Below, piece by piece: positions 1-10,081 of a stretch of 64,000 nucleotides of DNA. The notes under the pieces are model-generated. The model was given only the letters and a program-made list of their open reading frames with translations. It was not told where the DNA came from and ran no database searches. The first letter of the stretch is position 1. Each line of letters opens with the position of its first letter. Origin of the DNA: Candidatus Cloacimonadales bacterium (lineage in GTDB: Bacteria > Cloacimonadota > Cloacimonadia > Cloacimonadales > JAIOQZ01); NCBI GenBank assembly GCA_963665815.1, contig OY762463.1, positions 2,368,001 to 2,432,000 of the forward strand, written 5' to 3'. The translations under genes were made by a program, and so were the position numbers.

Positions 1-2692
1 TAATCAGTCTATGATTGGGGTCATTCGTTGTTATATTTATTGATGCTTCATAAGTGCCATAATCCATTCCGGATGAATCAAATGTCATGTTCACAACACT
101 GTTTCCGGCTGGAGAGATAGTTCCTGCCAAATTACTCATGCTAAGCCAGTCAACTCCAGGAGGATCAATTAATATCGATTTGCTTCCGGTCAGGTAAGAA
201 GAATTATACACTATTGGAAGACCATCTAAACCATCAGATGATTCTATCCCGACAGTACAGCTTGACGGGTCTGATGTAAACGATTCGTAGTTAAATTGTA
301 TCTTACCGTTATGATAGAATACAACCTGCCATGTTCCGCTGCTGGAAGATGGGCTGTAGAAATGCCAGTCTTCAAACTGAACAACAAACGAATCGGTATT
401 CTGTTTTGTATAAACGCTTCCGCCATTAACACCATTCATGTCATCCCAGAACGGAACAACGATGTTATTAGGATCGGCAGTGTTAGGTATATCACTGTTA
501 GTCCAGGCATTAACATCTACACCTGCTTGTTCAAAACTTATAATTCCGTTTGAGTTTATGTATATACTATTATACGTGTTTCCATAAAAATTAAAGTCAA
601 AACCAAGACTGAATGGTCCGGCATAGCCTTCATCAAGAGCATCATAGCTGCCTGTTGCAACCCAGTTTGTTACTTCAGTACCTGTAGTTTGAATATCGTT
701 CCAGGAGTAAGAAGGTCCTCCCGCTTCAGATTCATCTTTCCAGGTGTATCCATAAGTATCCGGTCCACCGGCTGCTCTTGTTACAGTTCTGGTATGACTT
801 ACAGGCATTCCGGCAAAACTACCCTGTCTGCTATCTGACTGACCTTTGGGTATTATTGTACTGTCAAATATTGGAGTATAAGCAGATCTTACTGCAACAT
901 TATCATCCACGACAATTGAATAATCGAGATCAGCATTCCCTGTGTTATATATTGTTAATGTATTTTGAGATGTATTATCAGGTTCAAGGCTTTCCAGGAA
1001 ATAGTCAGGGCTGACAGAAGCTATGGGAGAAATAGTAGTTACTGAAGCACCACTGATAATAAGAGAAAAAGCCTGAGGATTAGTGAGAAAACCTTTATGA
1101 GTCACTCTGAGAGTATATTGTCCACTTGAAGGATTAGGAATATAAACAACTTCCACATTATCAATATCATTATCAGAATTATTGGTTGCAGCAGCTGTCG
1201 GGTTTTGACCATCCAGCTTCCATGGATAATGAGTAGATGTCCCCTGAATTCTCAAGTCAAGATCATTTACAAGCATTTTATCTGTTGGATCAAGTGAAGC
1301 TGATACAGGAGTTCCCGGAATATCAGCCCAGCAGATAGTTGCCTTGAGAGGTTCAGTTCCGTCTGAATTTAAAATAACTTCGTAAGTCTCTCCATTGGCA
1401 AGAGATTGCTCAAATATTCTACCTGATATATTATCTGTTGAAATTAAATCAGCAGCAGTTCTTATATTAACCAGTCCCCAACCATATTTATAGTCAGGAC
1501 CATCATATGATCCTGCTTCATCGGCAGTATGAATTACAAGTCCTTTTAAAGTAGAAGCTTTCATGTATGTATTGTGCAGATCTTCATATAGTTCCTGCAG
1601 CAGCCCAAGTGCTCCCGCAACAGAAGGTGTAGACATGGATGTACCGGAAATAGTAAGATAGTCAGAATCACCTGTGTTATCACATGATGTAAGATTAGAT
1701 CCATTTGCTACAACATCAGGTTTGATTCTACCATCATCTGCCGGTCCCCATGAGCTGAAAGATGTAGCAGAGACATCAGAAGGTTGAGAATATCCACCAA
1801 TTATATCATAAACAGCACCAACTGTAAGGACATTTTTTGCTACACCTCGCTGACCGATACAATCGTAACCGGTTCCCTGATTCCCATCCTGAGGATAAGA
1901 ACCGTCTCCGGTATCGTTTCTGTCATTTCCCGATGACTTACATATAAGAAAATCAGGAGCATTATAAGCAATCTGATCCCATCCCTGAGATTCACTGTCA
2001 TAAAAACCAAAAAGATAGTCTTCTGTAGAGCTGATAGAGGAGTTTCCATACCAGCTCCATGTGCTTGTTCCCTGATCATATCGCCAGCCTCGAATATATC
2101 CGTAGGAATGGTTAGAAATGATCGCACCGTTTGCTCCTTCGGAAGCAAGTTCACTATCGTCATTATTCCAGTCAAATGCTCTGAGATCAGCATTATAAGA
2201 CATTCCTCTTGCATCGGGATTTAATCCTGTGGCGATCATAGTCCCTGCAACATGAGTTGAGTGATAATGAGTTGATGAAGGGTTGTCCACCTGAACTACT
2301 CTACCGCCAAATTCAATATGAGATGTGAGAACGCCGCCTCCATCCCATTCATTCAGAGTAATACCGGAACCAGTAAGGCTGTATCCGGCTCCACCACCGG
2401 GATAAACAAGATTTGCAGAGATAGTTTCTGCCGCATCTGCATTGTTAGTTGTATAGTATTGAGGTTTACCGTATTTATCAATATACTGAATATCAATAAC
2501 TCCACCCTTGCCGTCTTCTTTTCTGACAGGCAGGTTGTTTTTTATGGCAAACTCAATTGCATCTTTTTTCTGTTTATCTCGTTTTTGTCTGAACTCTTTT
2601 GCAAGTTTATTCAATTCACTTACATTCGGAACTGCAAATAAACTTATACATATTAATGCCAAAATAACCAAAATAACTAATCTCTTACTCAT
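1..2692 (-). CDS. Secreted S8 (subtilisin-like) serine peptidase, multidomain; 3' end lies outside the window
   Basis: Absent from the ORF track because it runs off the edge. Hand translation from ATG at 2692 gives signal peptide MSKRLVILVILALICISLFA, catalytic motifs EWDGGGV, HSTHVAGT and SGTSMSTPSVAG, then a later GGPDTYGYTW domain. Confidence 0.9.
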   Translation of the reverse strand, partial: MSKRLVILVILALICISLFAVPNVSELNKLAKEFRQKRDKQKKDAIEFAIKNNLPVRKEDGKGGVIDIQYIDKYGKPQYYTTNNADAAETISANLVYPGGGAGYSLTGSGITLNEWDGGGVLTSHIEFGGRVVQVDNPSSTHYHSTHVAGTMIATGLNPDARGMSYNADLRAFDWNNDDSELASEGANGAIISNHSYGYIRGWRYDQGTSTWSWYGNSSISSTEDYLFGFYDSESQGWDQIAYNAPDFLICKSSGNDRNDTGDGSYPQDGNQGTGYDCIGQRGVAKNVLTVGAVYDIIGGYSQPSDVSATSFSSWGPADDGRIKPDVVANGSNLTSCDNTGDSDYLTISGTSMSTPSVAGALGLLQELYEDLHNTYMKASTLKGLVIHTADEAGSYDGPDYKYGWGLVNIRTAADLISTDNISGRIFEQSLANGETYEVILNSDGTEPLKATICWADIPGTPVSASLDPTDKMLVNDLDLRIQGTSTHYPWKLDGQNPTAAATNNSDNDIDNVEVVYIPNPSSGQYTLRVTHKGFLTNPQAFSLIISGASVTTISPIASVSPDYFLESLEPDNTSQNTLTIYNTGNADLDYSIVVDDNVAVRSAYTPIFDSTIIPKGQSDSRQGSFAGMPVSHTRTVTRAAGGPDTYGYTWKDESEAGGPSYSWNDIQTTGTEVTNWVATGSYDALDEGYAGPFSLGFDFNFYGNTYNSIYINSNGIISFEQAGVDVNAWTNSDIPNTADPNNIVVPFWDDMNGVNGGSVYTKQNTDSFVVQFEDWHFYSPSSSSGTWQVVFYHNGKIQFNYESFTSDPSSCTVGIESSDGLDGLPIVYNSSYLTGSKSILIDPPGVDWLSMSNLAGTISPAGNSVVNMTFDSSGMDYGTYEASINITTNDPNHRLI

Positions 2693-3016
2693 ATTCTTTC
2701 CTTCTATGCTTTTAAAAATTATTTCCAATTCAAATTGAACAATAATTATAATATAGTGTCAATTTCTTTAGTCAGGAAATTGTGAATCAGATTTTTATCA
2801 GCTATTGGTTGTCTTTTGCTGAGGGGCATTGACGTTGTTTCTTTTGACCTTCTGTCTCATAAACTCACATCTCCCCGTCGTTGTTTAGACAGGAGCACAT
2901 CTTCATTTAATGCATCCTGTTGATTACATTTTCATTTTTTGGTTGACTGTATAACAAGACGATTTACTTTTTCTAAAGTACATTTAATTATTGAAAATTA
3001 TGAAATGGAGTTATAA

Positions 3017-3928
3017 ATGAAAAAACTGTTCCTGAAACAGGTAATGATGAATCGTGTACTATATGCACTGATCCCAATTTCATTGATGGCTGTTTATCTG
3101 TATGGCTTCCGAGTTCTGGGGGTAATTGCTGTGTCTAATCTTGCAGCATTCCTGACAGAATATCTCTTTGCAAGACAGAAAAAAGTCCCGAAAGTGTCAA
3201 TGGCAGTGTTTGTCACCGGTTCTCTGGTTGCTCTTACGTTACCTCCTACAATTCCATTCTGGATTGCTGCGGTAGGTTCTGCTTTCGGAGTAATGTTTGG
3301 AAAAATGGTTTTTGGCGGATTTGGTATGAATGTGTTCAATCCGGCTATTGTTGGTAGAACATTCATCTACATATCATTCCCTAAGTATATGACAGTACAA
3401 TGGCTGAAACCTTTTGAAGGATTCCCCGGCGGATTCCTGCACTGGATGCAGCCAGATAATATTACTGCAGCTTCACCAATTATTACATTCCGTGATACAG
3501 GTGTAATGGAGTCATTCACTAAGATATCACTGGGAACAATCCCGGGGTGTATAGGTGAGACTTCAGCAGTACTGATTCTTGCTGCTGCAATATATCTTAT
3601 TGTTACAAAAACAGCTAAGTGGCAGCCTATGGTTGGCTGTCTGATAGGTTTTGCTGTCAGTACACTCATATTCTATGGAAAAAGCCCTTTGTTCTTCATG
3701 CTGAGCGGTGGATTCATGTTCGGTACAGTATTCATGGTGACTGACCCTGTTTCAATGCCTAAAAATAAAAAAGCTATCTGGATCTACGGAATCCTGGTTG
3801 GATTCTTAACCGTGTTTATTCGCAGATTCTCACTTTTTGCAGAAGGTTTCATGTTCGCCTTATTACTGGCAAATGTAACCATGCCGATTGTTGAGTACGC
3901 AATGAGCTACAAGCCGAAGAAGAAGTAA
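3017..3928 (+). CDS. rnfD: RnfD/NqrB-family ion-translocating oxidoreductase membrane subunit
   Basis: GKMVFGGFGMNVFNPAIVGR, GCIGETS, FMVTDPVSMP and FAEGFMFALL motifs; RBS GGAG. Confidence 0.93.
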   Translation: MKKLFLKQVMMNRVLYALIPISLMAVYLYGFRVLGVIAVSNLAAFLTEYLFARQKKVPKVSMAVFVTGSLVALTLPPTIPFWIAAVGSAFGVMFGKMVFGGFGMNVFNPAIVGRTFIYISFPKYMTVQWLKPFEGFPGGFLHWMQPDNITAASPIITFRDTGVMESFTKISLGTIPGCIGETSAVLILAAAIYLIVTKTAKWQPMVGCLIGFAVSTLIFYGKSPLFFMLSGGFMFGTVFMVTDPVSMPKNKKAIWIYGILVGFLTVFIRRFSLFAEGFMFALLLANVTMPIVEYAMSYKPKKK

Positions 3929-3938
3929 GGAGATATTC

Positions 3939-4562
3939 GTGGCAGAAAAAACACCTTTCACAGAAACCAGAATATATCCGATCATCTTTATGATGATAGT
4001 GACAATTGTATTTGTCGGACTTCTGGCTTTCTTTTATCATTCATCCAAAGAACGTATTGAAAGTAACGAACAGCTTGCGTTCCAGAAAAAGATTCTGGCT
4101 TTGTTCAGCCTTTCTGCGAAGAATCCTTCCGAAGCATTCGGAAAGTATATAAAAACCGAAACAAAGGATGACCTGACATTTTACAAAGCAGAAAAAGACG
4201 GAGCTATGCTCGGGTATGCTTTTGTAATTAACGGCCCGGGACTCTGGGGATCAATCAACGCTGTTGCTGCTTTCACGACAGATTTGAAGCAGATAATAAA
4301 GTTTGATATTCTCAATCAGAATGAAACACCGGGACTGGGCGGCAGAATTACCGAAGACCAGTTCAAAGATCAATTCAATAATAAAGTACTCGTAAAAGAT
4401 AATAAACTAATAGACTTCAAACTTATTGCTGAAGAAGAAACACCGAAAGCAAACGAAATCTGTCAGATTACCGGAGCAACGTTTTCTTCTCAGTCTGTAA
4501 CCAAGCTTATATACAAAGAAATGATACAAATCAGTAAGAAGATGGGATTTTCTTATGACTAA
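3939..4562 (+). CDS. rnfG: RnfG/NqrC-family FMN-binding subunit
   Basis: N-terminal TM helix, GLWG, ETPGLGGRI and ITGAT flavinylation motif. Confidence 0.92.
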   Translation: MAEKTPFTETRIYPIIFMMIVTIVFVGLLAFFYHSSKERIESNEQLAFQKKILALFSLSAKNPSEAFGKYIKTETKDDLTFYKAEKDGAMLGYAFVINGPGLWGSINAVAAFTTDLKQIIKFDILNQNETPGLGGRITEDQFKDQFNNKVLVKDNKLIDFKLIAEEETPKANEICQITGATFSSQSVTKLIYKEMIQISKKMGFSYD

Positions 4563-5154
4563 AAAAGAAATATTCATTACGTCGGCATTTACAGAGAACT
4601 CTGTCTGGAAACAGATTCTGGGGATTTGCTCTGCACTCGCTGTAACTAACTTGATGATGAACAGTCTGGTAATGGGATTAGGAGTAATATTCACCCTGGC
4701 TCTCTCAGGTTTCACAATTTCACTGATCAGAGACTTTATACCAAGACGTGTTCGTATGATGGCACAAACACTGATAATTGCGTCCTACGTGATTATTGTT
4801 GATATAACACTTAAGGCTTATCTACCGGAAATCAGTAAGAATCTCGGACCATATGTCGGTCTGATTATTACAAACTGTATTATTATGGGTAGAGCAGAAG
4901 CCTTTGCAGGTAAAAACAGCCCGATAGATTCCATGATCGACGGAATAGGTGCAGGTTTCGGATATACATTCGTTCTGCTGCTTATTGCTTTTGTCAGAGA
5001 AATCTTCGGTTTCGGTTCAATCTTCAACATTCAGATACTCGGTGACTGGTGGACAAAATGGTCTATTATGGTTATGGCTCCAAGTGCATTCTTTATACTT
5101 GCTGTTATAATCTGGATCATTAACGGACCTCTGGCAGCTAAGAAAGGGAAATAG
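4555..5154 (+). CDS. rnfE: RnfE/NqrD-family membrane subunit
   Basis: LGICSALAVT and LIITNCIIMGRAEAFA motifs. Confidence 0.92.
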   Translation: MTKKEIFITSAFTENSVWKQILGICSALAVTNLMMNSLVMGLGVIFTLALSGFTISLIRDFIPRRVRMMAQTLIIASYVIIVDITLKAYLPEISKNLGPYVGLIITNCIIMGRAEAFAGKNSPIDSMIDGIGAGFGYTFVLLLIAFVREIFGFGSIFNIQILGDWWTKWSIMVMAPSAFFILAVIIWIINGPLAAKKGK

Positions 5155-5163
5155 GAGATAATT

Positions 5164-5754
5164 ATGGTAGATGTATCATCAATAGTAATATTCTTCGCAG
5201 CAATTTTCACCAGTAATATCCTGCTGACGAATTTTCTCGGAATGTGTTCTTTCCTTTCAGTATCTAAAGAAGTAGAATCATCATTCGGACTTGGTATGGC
5301 AGTTGTGTTTGTCATGACAGTTACATCAGCACTGAATTATGTTGTATACCATTATATACTCGTACCTTTCGATATTGTGTACCTGCAGTACATAGTATTC
5401 ATTATCGTGATCGCCGCTTTTGTACAGCTTACAGAGATCGTGATAGAACGATTCTCACCGGTTCTGTATTATTCTCTCGGAATATTCTTACCTCTGATTA
5501 CCGTGAACTGTGCGATATTCGGGGTAGCTTTATTCATGATTATCCGAAAATACAGCTTTATTCAGGCAGTAGCTTACGGAGCAGGTGGCGGAATCGGTTG
5601 GATGCTGGCAATACTTATGCTTGCAGGTATCAGAAAGAAACTTAAAGACAAGTTCATACCAACAGGTCTGCAGGGAGCAGGAATAAGTCTTATAATTACC
5701 GGAATCATGGCTCTGGCGTTCATCGGGTTCTCCGGTGTTGCGGTTATTCAGTAG
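5164..5754 (+). CDS. rnfA: RnfA/NqrE-family membrane subunit
   Basis: FLGMCSFL and GIFLPLITVNCAIFG motifs. Confidence 0.92.
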   Translation: MVDVSSIVIFFAAIFTSNILLTNFLGMCSFLSVSKEVESSFGLGMAVVFVMTVTSALNYVVYHYILVPFDIVYLQYIVFIIVIAAFVQLTEIVIERFSPVLYYSLGIFLPLITVNCAIFGVALFMIIRKYSFIQAVAYGAGGGIGWMLAILMLAGIRKKLKDKFIPTGLQGAGISLIITGIMALAFIGFSGVAVIQ

Positions 5755-5767
5755 GGAGGACAAAAAA

Positions 5768-6865
5768 ATGAACGTTATCATACTGAATATACTTATTGCA
5801 ACAGGTATCAGTACTTTTCTGGCAATACTTCTCGTTATAGCCGAAATGCTGTTTGCCAACTACGGTGATTGTGAGATTGAGATAAACGGTAAGAAGAAAG
5901 TTACTGTTAAAGGCGGAGGAACACTGCTTGGTGCTCTTGCAGATAACAAGATATTTGTACCTTCTGCCTGTGGTGGAAGAGGCTCGTGCGGGTTCTGTAA
6001 ATGTAAGGTGGAATCCGGCGGAGGACCTTTACTCCCAACTGAAAAACCGTTTCTGACTGCTGCAGAACAAAAAGACAGTATCAGACTATCCTGTCAGGTT
6101 AAAGTCAAAGAAGACATCAAAATAAACATACCTGAAGAGATTTTCAATATCCAGAAGTTCACTGCTGTTGTAGAAAAGATAGAAGACTATACATATGACA
6201 TTAAAGGTGTAACATTCAAGCTTATTGAGCCAAAGGAAATCAACTTCAAAGCAGGACAATATGTTCAGCTTCACACTAAGAAATACGGCAAAGTAAAACA
6301 GGTGGTTTCCAGAGCATACTCAATATCCAGCTCACCGGATTTAAAAGACAGACTTCAGCTTATTATAAGACGAGTACCTGACGGAATCTGTACAACCTAC
6401 GTGCATGATTTCCTTAAGGAAGGTGATGAAGTGAACTTTACAGGACCATACGGTGATTTCTTTATCAGAGATACAGATGCAGAGATTATTTATATTGCTG
6501 GCGGATCCGGAAAAGCTCCTATCAAATCTATGATGGACTATTTTGCGAATCATCACAGTGACAGAAGAATGGTGTATTTCTTTGGTGCTAGAACAGAACA
6601 CGATCTTTATCTGACCGACTACTTTAACGAGTTCGAGAAGAAGCTGAACTTCACTTATGTACCGGTACTCTCTCAATGTGAGAACAAAGACTGCTGGAAT
6701 GGCAGAATGGGCTATATTCCGGAACATTTCGATGATTTCCTGACTAATCCGAAGAACTCGGAAGCGTATTTATGCGGATCCCCCGGTATGATAGCTGCAG
6801 TTGAGAAAGCTCTCATAAAATCCGGTGTCCCAAAAGATAATATATACTACGACAGTTTTGCTTAA
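5768..6865 (+). CDS. nqrF: NqrF-like membrane-anchored [2Fe-2S]/FAD/NAD(P)H oxidoreductase
   Basis: TM helix, CGGRGSCGFC...RLSC [2Fe-2S] motif, RAYSISS FAD motif, AGGSGKAP and YLCGSPGM NAD motifs; start moved to the ATG behind GGAGGA. Confidence 0.85.
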   Translation: MNVIILNILIATGISTFLAILLVIAEMLFANYGDCEIEINGKKKVTVKGGGTLLGALADNKIFVPSACGGRGSCGFCKCKVESGGGPLLPTEKPFLTAAEQKDSIRLSCQVKVKEDIKINIPEEIFNIQKFTAVVEKIEDYTYDIKGVTFKLIEPKEINFKAGQYVQLHTKKYGKVKQVVSRAYSISSSPDLKDRLQLIIRRVPDGICTTYVHDFLKEGDEVNFTGPYGDFFIRDTDAEIIYIAGGSGKAPIKSMMDYFANHHSDRRMVYFFGARTEHDLYLTDYFNEFEKKLNFTYVPVLSQCENKDCWNGRMGYIPEHFDDFLTNPKNSEAYLCGSPGMIAAVEKALIKSGVPKDNIYYDSFA

Positions 6866-6877
6866 AGGAGGATTACA

Positions 6878-7330
6878 ATGAAACTTACTCCAAAACAGAT
6901 TAAAATCCAGGAGAGAATGGCAGAAGGAAAAGTAACTATAGACGGATTCCTCGGGAATGATCCTCGACCATACCCTGAGATTATAGAAGATGATTTAAGA
7001 AAGCTGTCAGCTCTGGACAAAACTCAGGAAGAAATAGCTGACAGGCTCCAGTATTTCACGGATAAAGCATTTGAAAGCTATGATGGACCAATTGTTATTG
7101 ATAATATTTATAAGGTAGAATACAAGAGCTACAGGGGGAAAATGATTAGTCCATTCCTGGAAGTCGGGAGATTCTCTAAAGGTGAGATAACTCTGGAAAA
7201 CCTGGAAAATAAGGTGAAAATACATTGGACTCCATTGTCAATCCATATGATTCGAGTGCATGGTTTCTTTGAAGGCAAAGGTTCAGGACATAGAATAGAA
7301 CCCGATCAAGTCGTAAAAGCTTTGTTTTAG
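6878..7330 (+). CDS. Hypothetical protein, co-operonic with the Rnf/Nqr cluster
   Basis: 150-aa ORF, strong RBS AGGAGG, 12 bp after nqrF. Confidence 0.8.
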   Translation: MKLTPKQIKIQERMAEGKVTIDGFLGNDPRPYPEIIEDDLRKLSALDKTQEEIADRLQYFTDKAFESYDGPIVIDNIYKVEYKSYRGKMISPFLEVGRFSKGEITLENLENKVKIHWTPLSIHMIRVHGFFEGKGSGHRIEPDQVVKALF

Positions 7331-7342
7331 GGGGAGGATTAT

Positions 7343-7855
7343 ATGAAATCGCTTAAGGAACAAAAAGCTATAGCTGCGGTATGCGGTTTATATTGTGGAG
7401 CATGTTCAGCCTATATTGCAACAAAGGAAGATCCGGCAAGACTGACTCAACTGGCAGGCATGTTCGGTTGCAGTGAAGAAGATGTAAAATGCCATGGCTG
7501 TCGTGGAGATATAAGAGGCTCATACTGTTCTCAGTGCCGTATGGTGCAATGTGCCGAGGAACGCGGAATAGATTTTTGCTCGCAATGCAGTGAATACCCC
7601 TGCGATGTGATTAAGGAATTTCAGGCGCAGGCACCACACAGAAATGAGTTGTGGGAAGATCTGGCAAGGATCAGAGAAGTCGGCTATGAAAAATGGCTGG
7701 AAGAAGTTAAAGAGAAGTACACCTGTAGTGATTGCGGAACTGTTAACTCTGCGTATGATCTTGTCTGCAGGAAATGCGGAGCTGATCCATCCTCGGAATA
7801 CACAAAAAAGCACAAAGACAGTATTATCTCAGCTTTGACGATGTTTGGGAAGTAG
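7343..7855 (+). CDS. DUF3795-like Cys-rich metal-binding protein
   Basis: CGLYCGAC, CHGC, C-x-x-C repeats and CSQCSEYPC, plus a C-terminal zinc-ribbon. Confidence 0.8.
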   Translation: MKSLKEQKAIAAVCGLYCGACSAYIATKEDPARLTQLAGMFGCSEEDVKCHGCRGDIRGSYCSQCRMVQCAEERGIDFCSQCSEYPCDVIKEFQAQAPHRNELWEDLARIREVGYEKWLEEVKEKYTCSDCGTVNSAYDLVCRKCGADPSSEYTKKHKDSIISALTMFGK

Positions 7856-7872
7856 AAAATACTGAGGGTGCG

Positions 7873-10056
7873 ATGAAAATTAAAACAGGATTATGGTTAC
7901 TTCTGATAGTAATTATCTTGAATACGGGTTGCAAGCCTGATTCACCCAAACTTAAAGAGGATAGGCATTTTGAGATTCAGGTTAATGATTATAGCATTTT
8001 GAATCATTCAAAGTATAAGGATAAAAAGAAATTTGATAATATCATTGAATTAAAAGAATCTCCCTACTCAGTGAAACATGGAAATAAAAATGATCATAAT
8101 GGTACGTTGAACTCTTACTCTAAATTATCTATTTCCCTTGATGGAAAAATATATCTTCTTTCAAGTTATGGACATCTATATAAAACAAGTGGAATTGACT
8201 CAGTCTGGACTTCTCTTAATTCCCTCCCTCGACAAAATCCCAATAGTGATCAAAGATATAACCAAACTTATTGTACTGATATAACGTTTTGTACTGATAA
8301 TATTGCTCTGGTGACCGGAAGATTAGCTGTAAATGAAGGGTTTGGTATATACCGAACTGAAGATAATTGTAAATCCTGGGAATATTTGGAGTTGTCAGGA
8401 GAAGAAGAGCTCTTTGCAATACATATTACGGAGAACCGTAGAATCTGGTTGGGTGGTTCTTCCGGTAAGATATACTATTCTGATGATCTAGGTGAAACAT
8501 TTGATATAATAGAAAACAAAACAATAGCTGATCAGTGGGTAATGAGTATCTATATGACAGATAAATCAAATGGTGTTCTTGCAACTACAGAAAACTTTTA
8601 CTCAACTACTGACAACTGGAAAACAGCAGAATTAATATCTCCAAGACCTTACGGTCAAAGAAAAAATGAACTGAAAACGAATTTACTATATCCAGGTAAC
8701 TATAAAATTGCTGTTTGGAAAGATTATGTTATTGCAAGAACAGCAAAGGGAATCTTAAGCAAAACAATCAATACAATAACTGGTGATTGTACATGGGAAG
8801 AATTCCCTGAAAAGATAGAGGATTTTAGTATTTGTGATAATTCTGGAAAGTTGTACGGGATATGTAGAGACGAAGGCTTATTCAGGTTTCCAGATCAGAT
8901 TTATATAGTCGAATATTCATCTCCAACTGAATGCAATAGCATCAAGAAAATAGTTGATTCAGAATACATCAAAGATATTGAAGTTTGTAGTGATGAGTTA
9001 TATATTCTGGATAATTCAGGTTTAATGGAAATTACTTCCGAAAAAAAAATACCTTCTCAGATGATTCTTAAAGGTAAAACTATTGATCCATATAATAGAA
9101 ATATTCGAATATCAGATGCCGGCATAAAGTATGGATCTGACCACAATAATCTGTATTGTTTCGATGAAGCTGTAAATGACTGGTACAGAGTATGTGCAAC
9201 AACCTTTAATATCAATAGCTTCAAAATCCTCTCAGACAAGCAGATTGCACTTTCTGATGGCAGTAATTATTATCTTTATTCTCCGGATAAGGATTATCTA
9301 GAGGACTACACCTACGAAAAACCTTTAACAGATTTCCTGAAATTTCCGGTAACATCTATGAAAATTAAAGGTGAATATCATGGTTGCTGGGATGAAATTA
9401 TATCTTACATTGAATTCAAGAGAGAAGATGGAAAACTTATTTCTGTGAAATACACGAATAATAAACATAAAAGCGATTCAATAATTGAATTCAAACACCA
9501 GATAGAAACAGAAACACTGAATAATGTTTTACACTCAATCAATAAGGAACCAGACAATATCTCAGAGCCCAGAGATTTCAATTTCACACAAGAGCATATT
9601 GATTGTTATCTGAAATTTGTTAGAGAAAATGATTATATGTGTATTCCAGAAGACTTCTATTGTAAAGTCCCTTCAATACTTGATACGGTTAACTCGGATC
9701 TTTTTAAACATATTTTGTCATACTTTAGAGAATCACCTGTCAATAATCATCCACTTAATCTAAAAATAGTAATTTTTAATCAGGTAGATGACTCAATTGA
9801 GATAAAAGCTGCAATCAATGATTCAGATATAGCCTGGGGCTTCCCCTGGTCTATTGAGTACAATAGCATGAGGTTTCTGAATCTAGACATTGAACTTTCC
9901 AGATTTATTAATAGCTGTTTGCCCGATGATTTTCCAAGTAAACAATTTGCTGAATTCAATTACCTTTTTAAAGAAATAGGGGATTACTTTAATTGGGTAA
10001 ATGGTGTAAGTGAAAAATATTTCAAAAAATTGAAAGATGAGGAAGCTAACAGGTAA
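7873..10056 (+). CDS. Lipoprotein with Asp-box/BNR beta-propeller (YCF48/VPS10-like) and unknown C-terminal domain
   Basis: Lipobox ILNTGC; Asp-boxes RTEDNCKSW, YSDDLGETF and STTDNWKT. Confidence 0.7.
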   Translation: MKIKTGLWLLLIVIILNTGCKPDSPKLKEDRHFEIQVNDYSILNHSKYKDKKKFDNIIELKESPYSVKHGNKNDHNGTLNSYSKLSISLDGKIYLLSSYGHLYKTSGIDSVWTSLNSLPRQNPNSDQRYNQTYCTDITFCTDNIALVTGRLAVNEGFGIYRTEDNCKSWEYLELSGEEELFAIHITENRRIWLGGSSGKIYYSDDLGETFDIIENKTIADQWVMSIYMTDKSNGVLATTENFYSTTDNWKTAELISPRPYGQRKNELKTNLLYPGNYKIAVWKDYVIARTAKGILSKTINTITGDCTWEEFPEKIEDFSICDNSGKLYGICRDEGLFRFPDQIYIVEYSSPTECNSIKKIVDSEYIKDIEVCSDELYILDNSGLMEITSEKKIPSQMILKGKTIDPYNRNIRISDAGIKYGSDHNNLYCFDEAVNDWYRVCATTFNINSFKILSDKQIALSDGSNYYLYSPDKDYLEDYTYEKPLTDFLKFPVTSMKIKGEYHGCWDEIISYIEFKREDGKLISVKYTNNKHKSDSIIEFKHQIETETLNNVLHSINKEPDNISEPRDFNFTQEHIDCYLKFVRENDYMCIPEDFYCKVPSILDTVNSDLFKHILSYFRESPVNNHPLNLKIVIFNQVDDSIEIKAAINDSDIAWGFPWSIEYNSMRFLNLDIELSRFINSCLPDDFPSKQFAEFNYLFKEIGDYFNWVNGVSEKYFKKLKDEEANR

Positions 10057-10081
10057 TATTTTCTTCAGTAGAATAATATTC

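Noticed and set aside
244-2738. Short ORFs in the track over the first 2.7 kb
   Set aside because: They are shadows of the long minus-strand S8 peptidase gene, which the track missed because it runs off the window
2810-2930. GC-richer patch with CTGTCT/AGACAG pairing between the peptidase and rnf operon as a riboswitch
   Set aside because: No riboswitch consensus that I recognise; it needs an Rfam search
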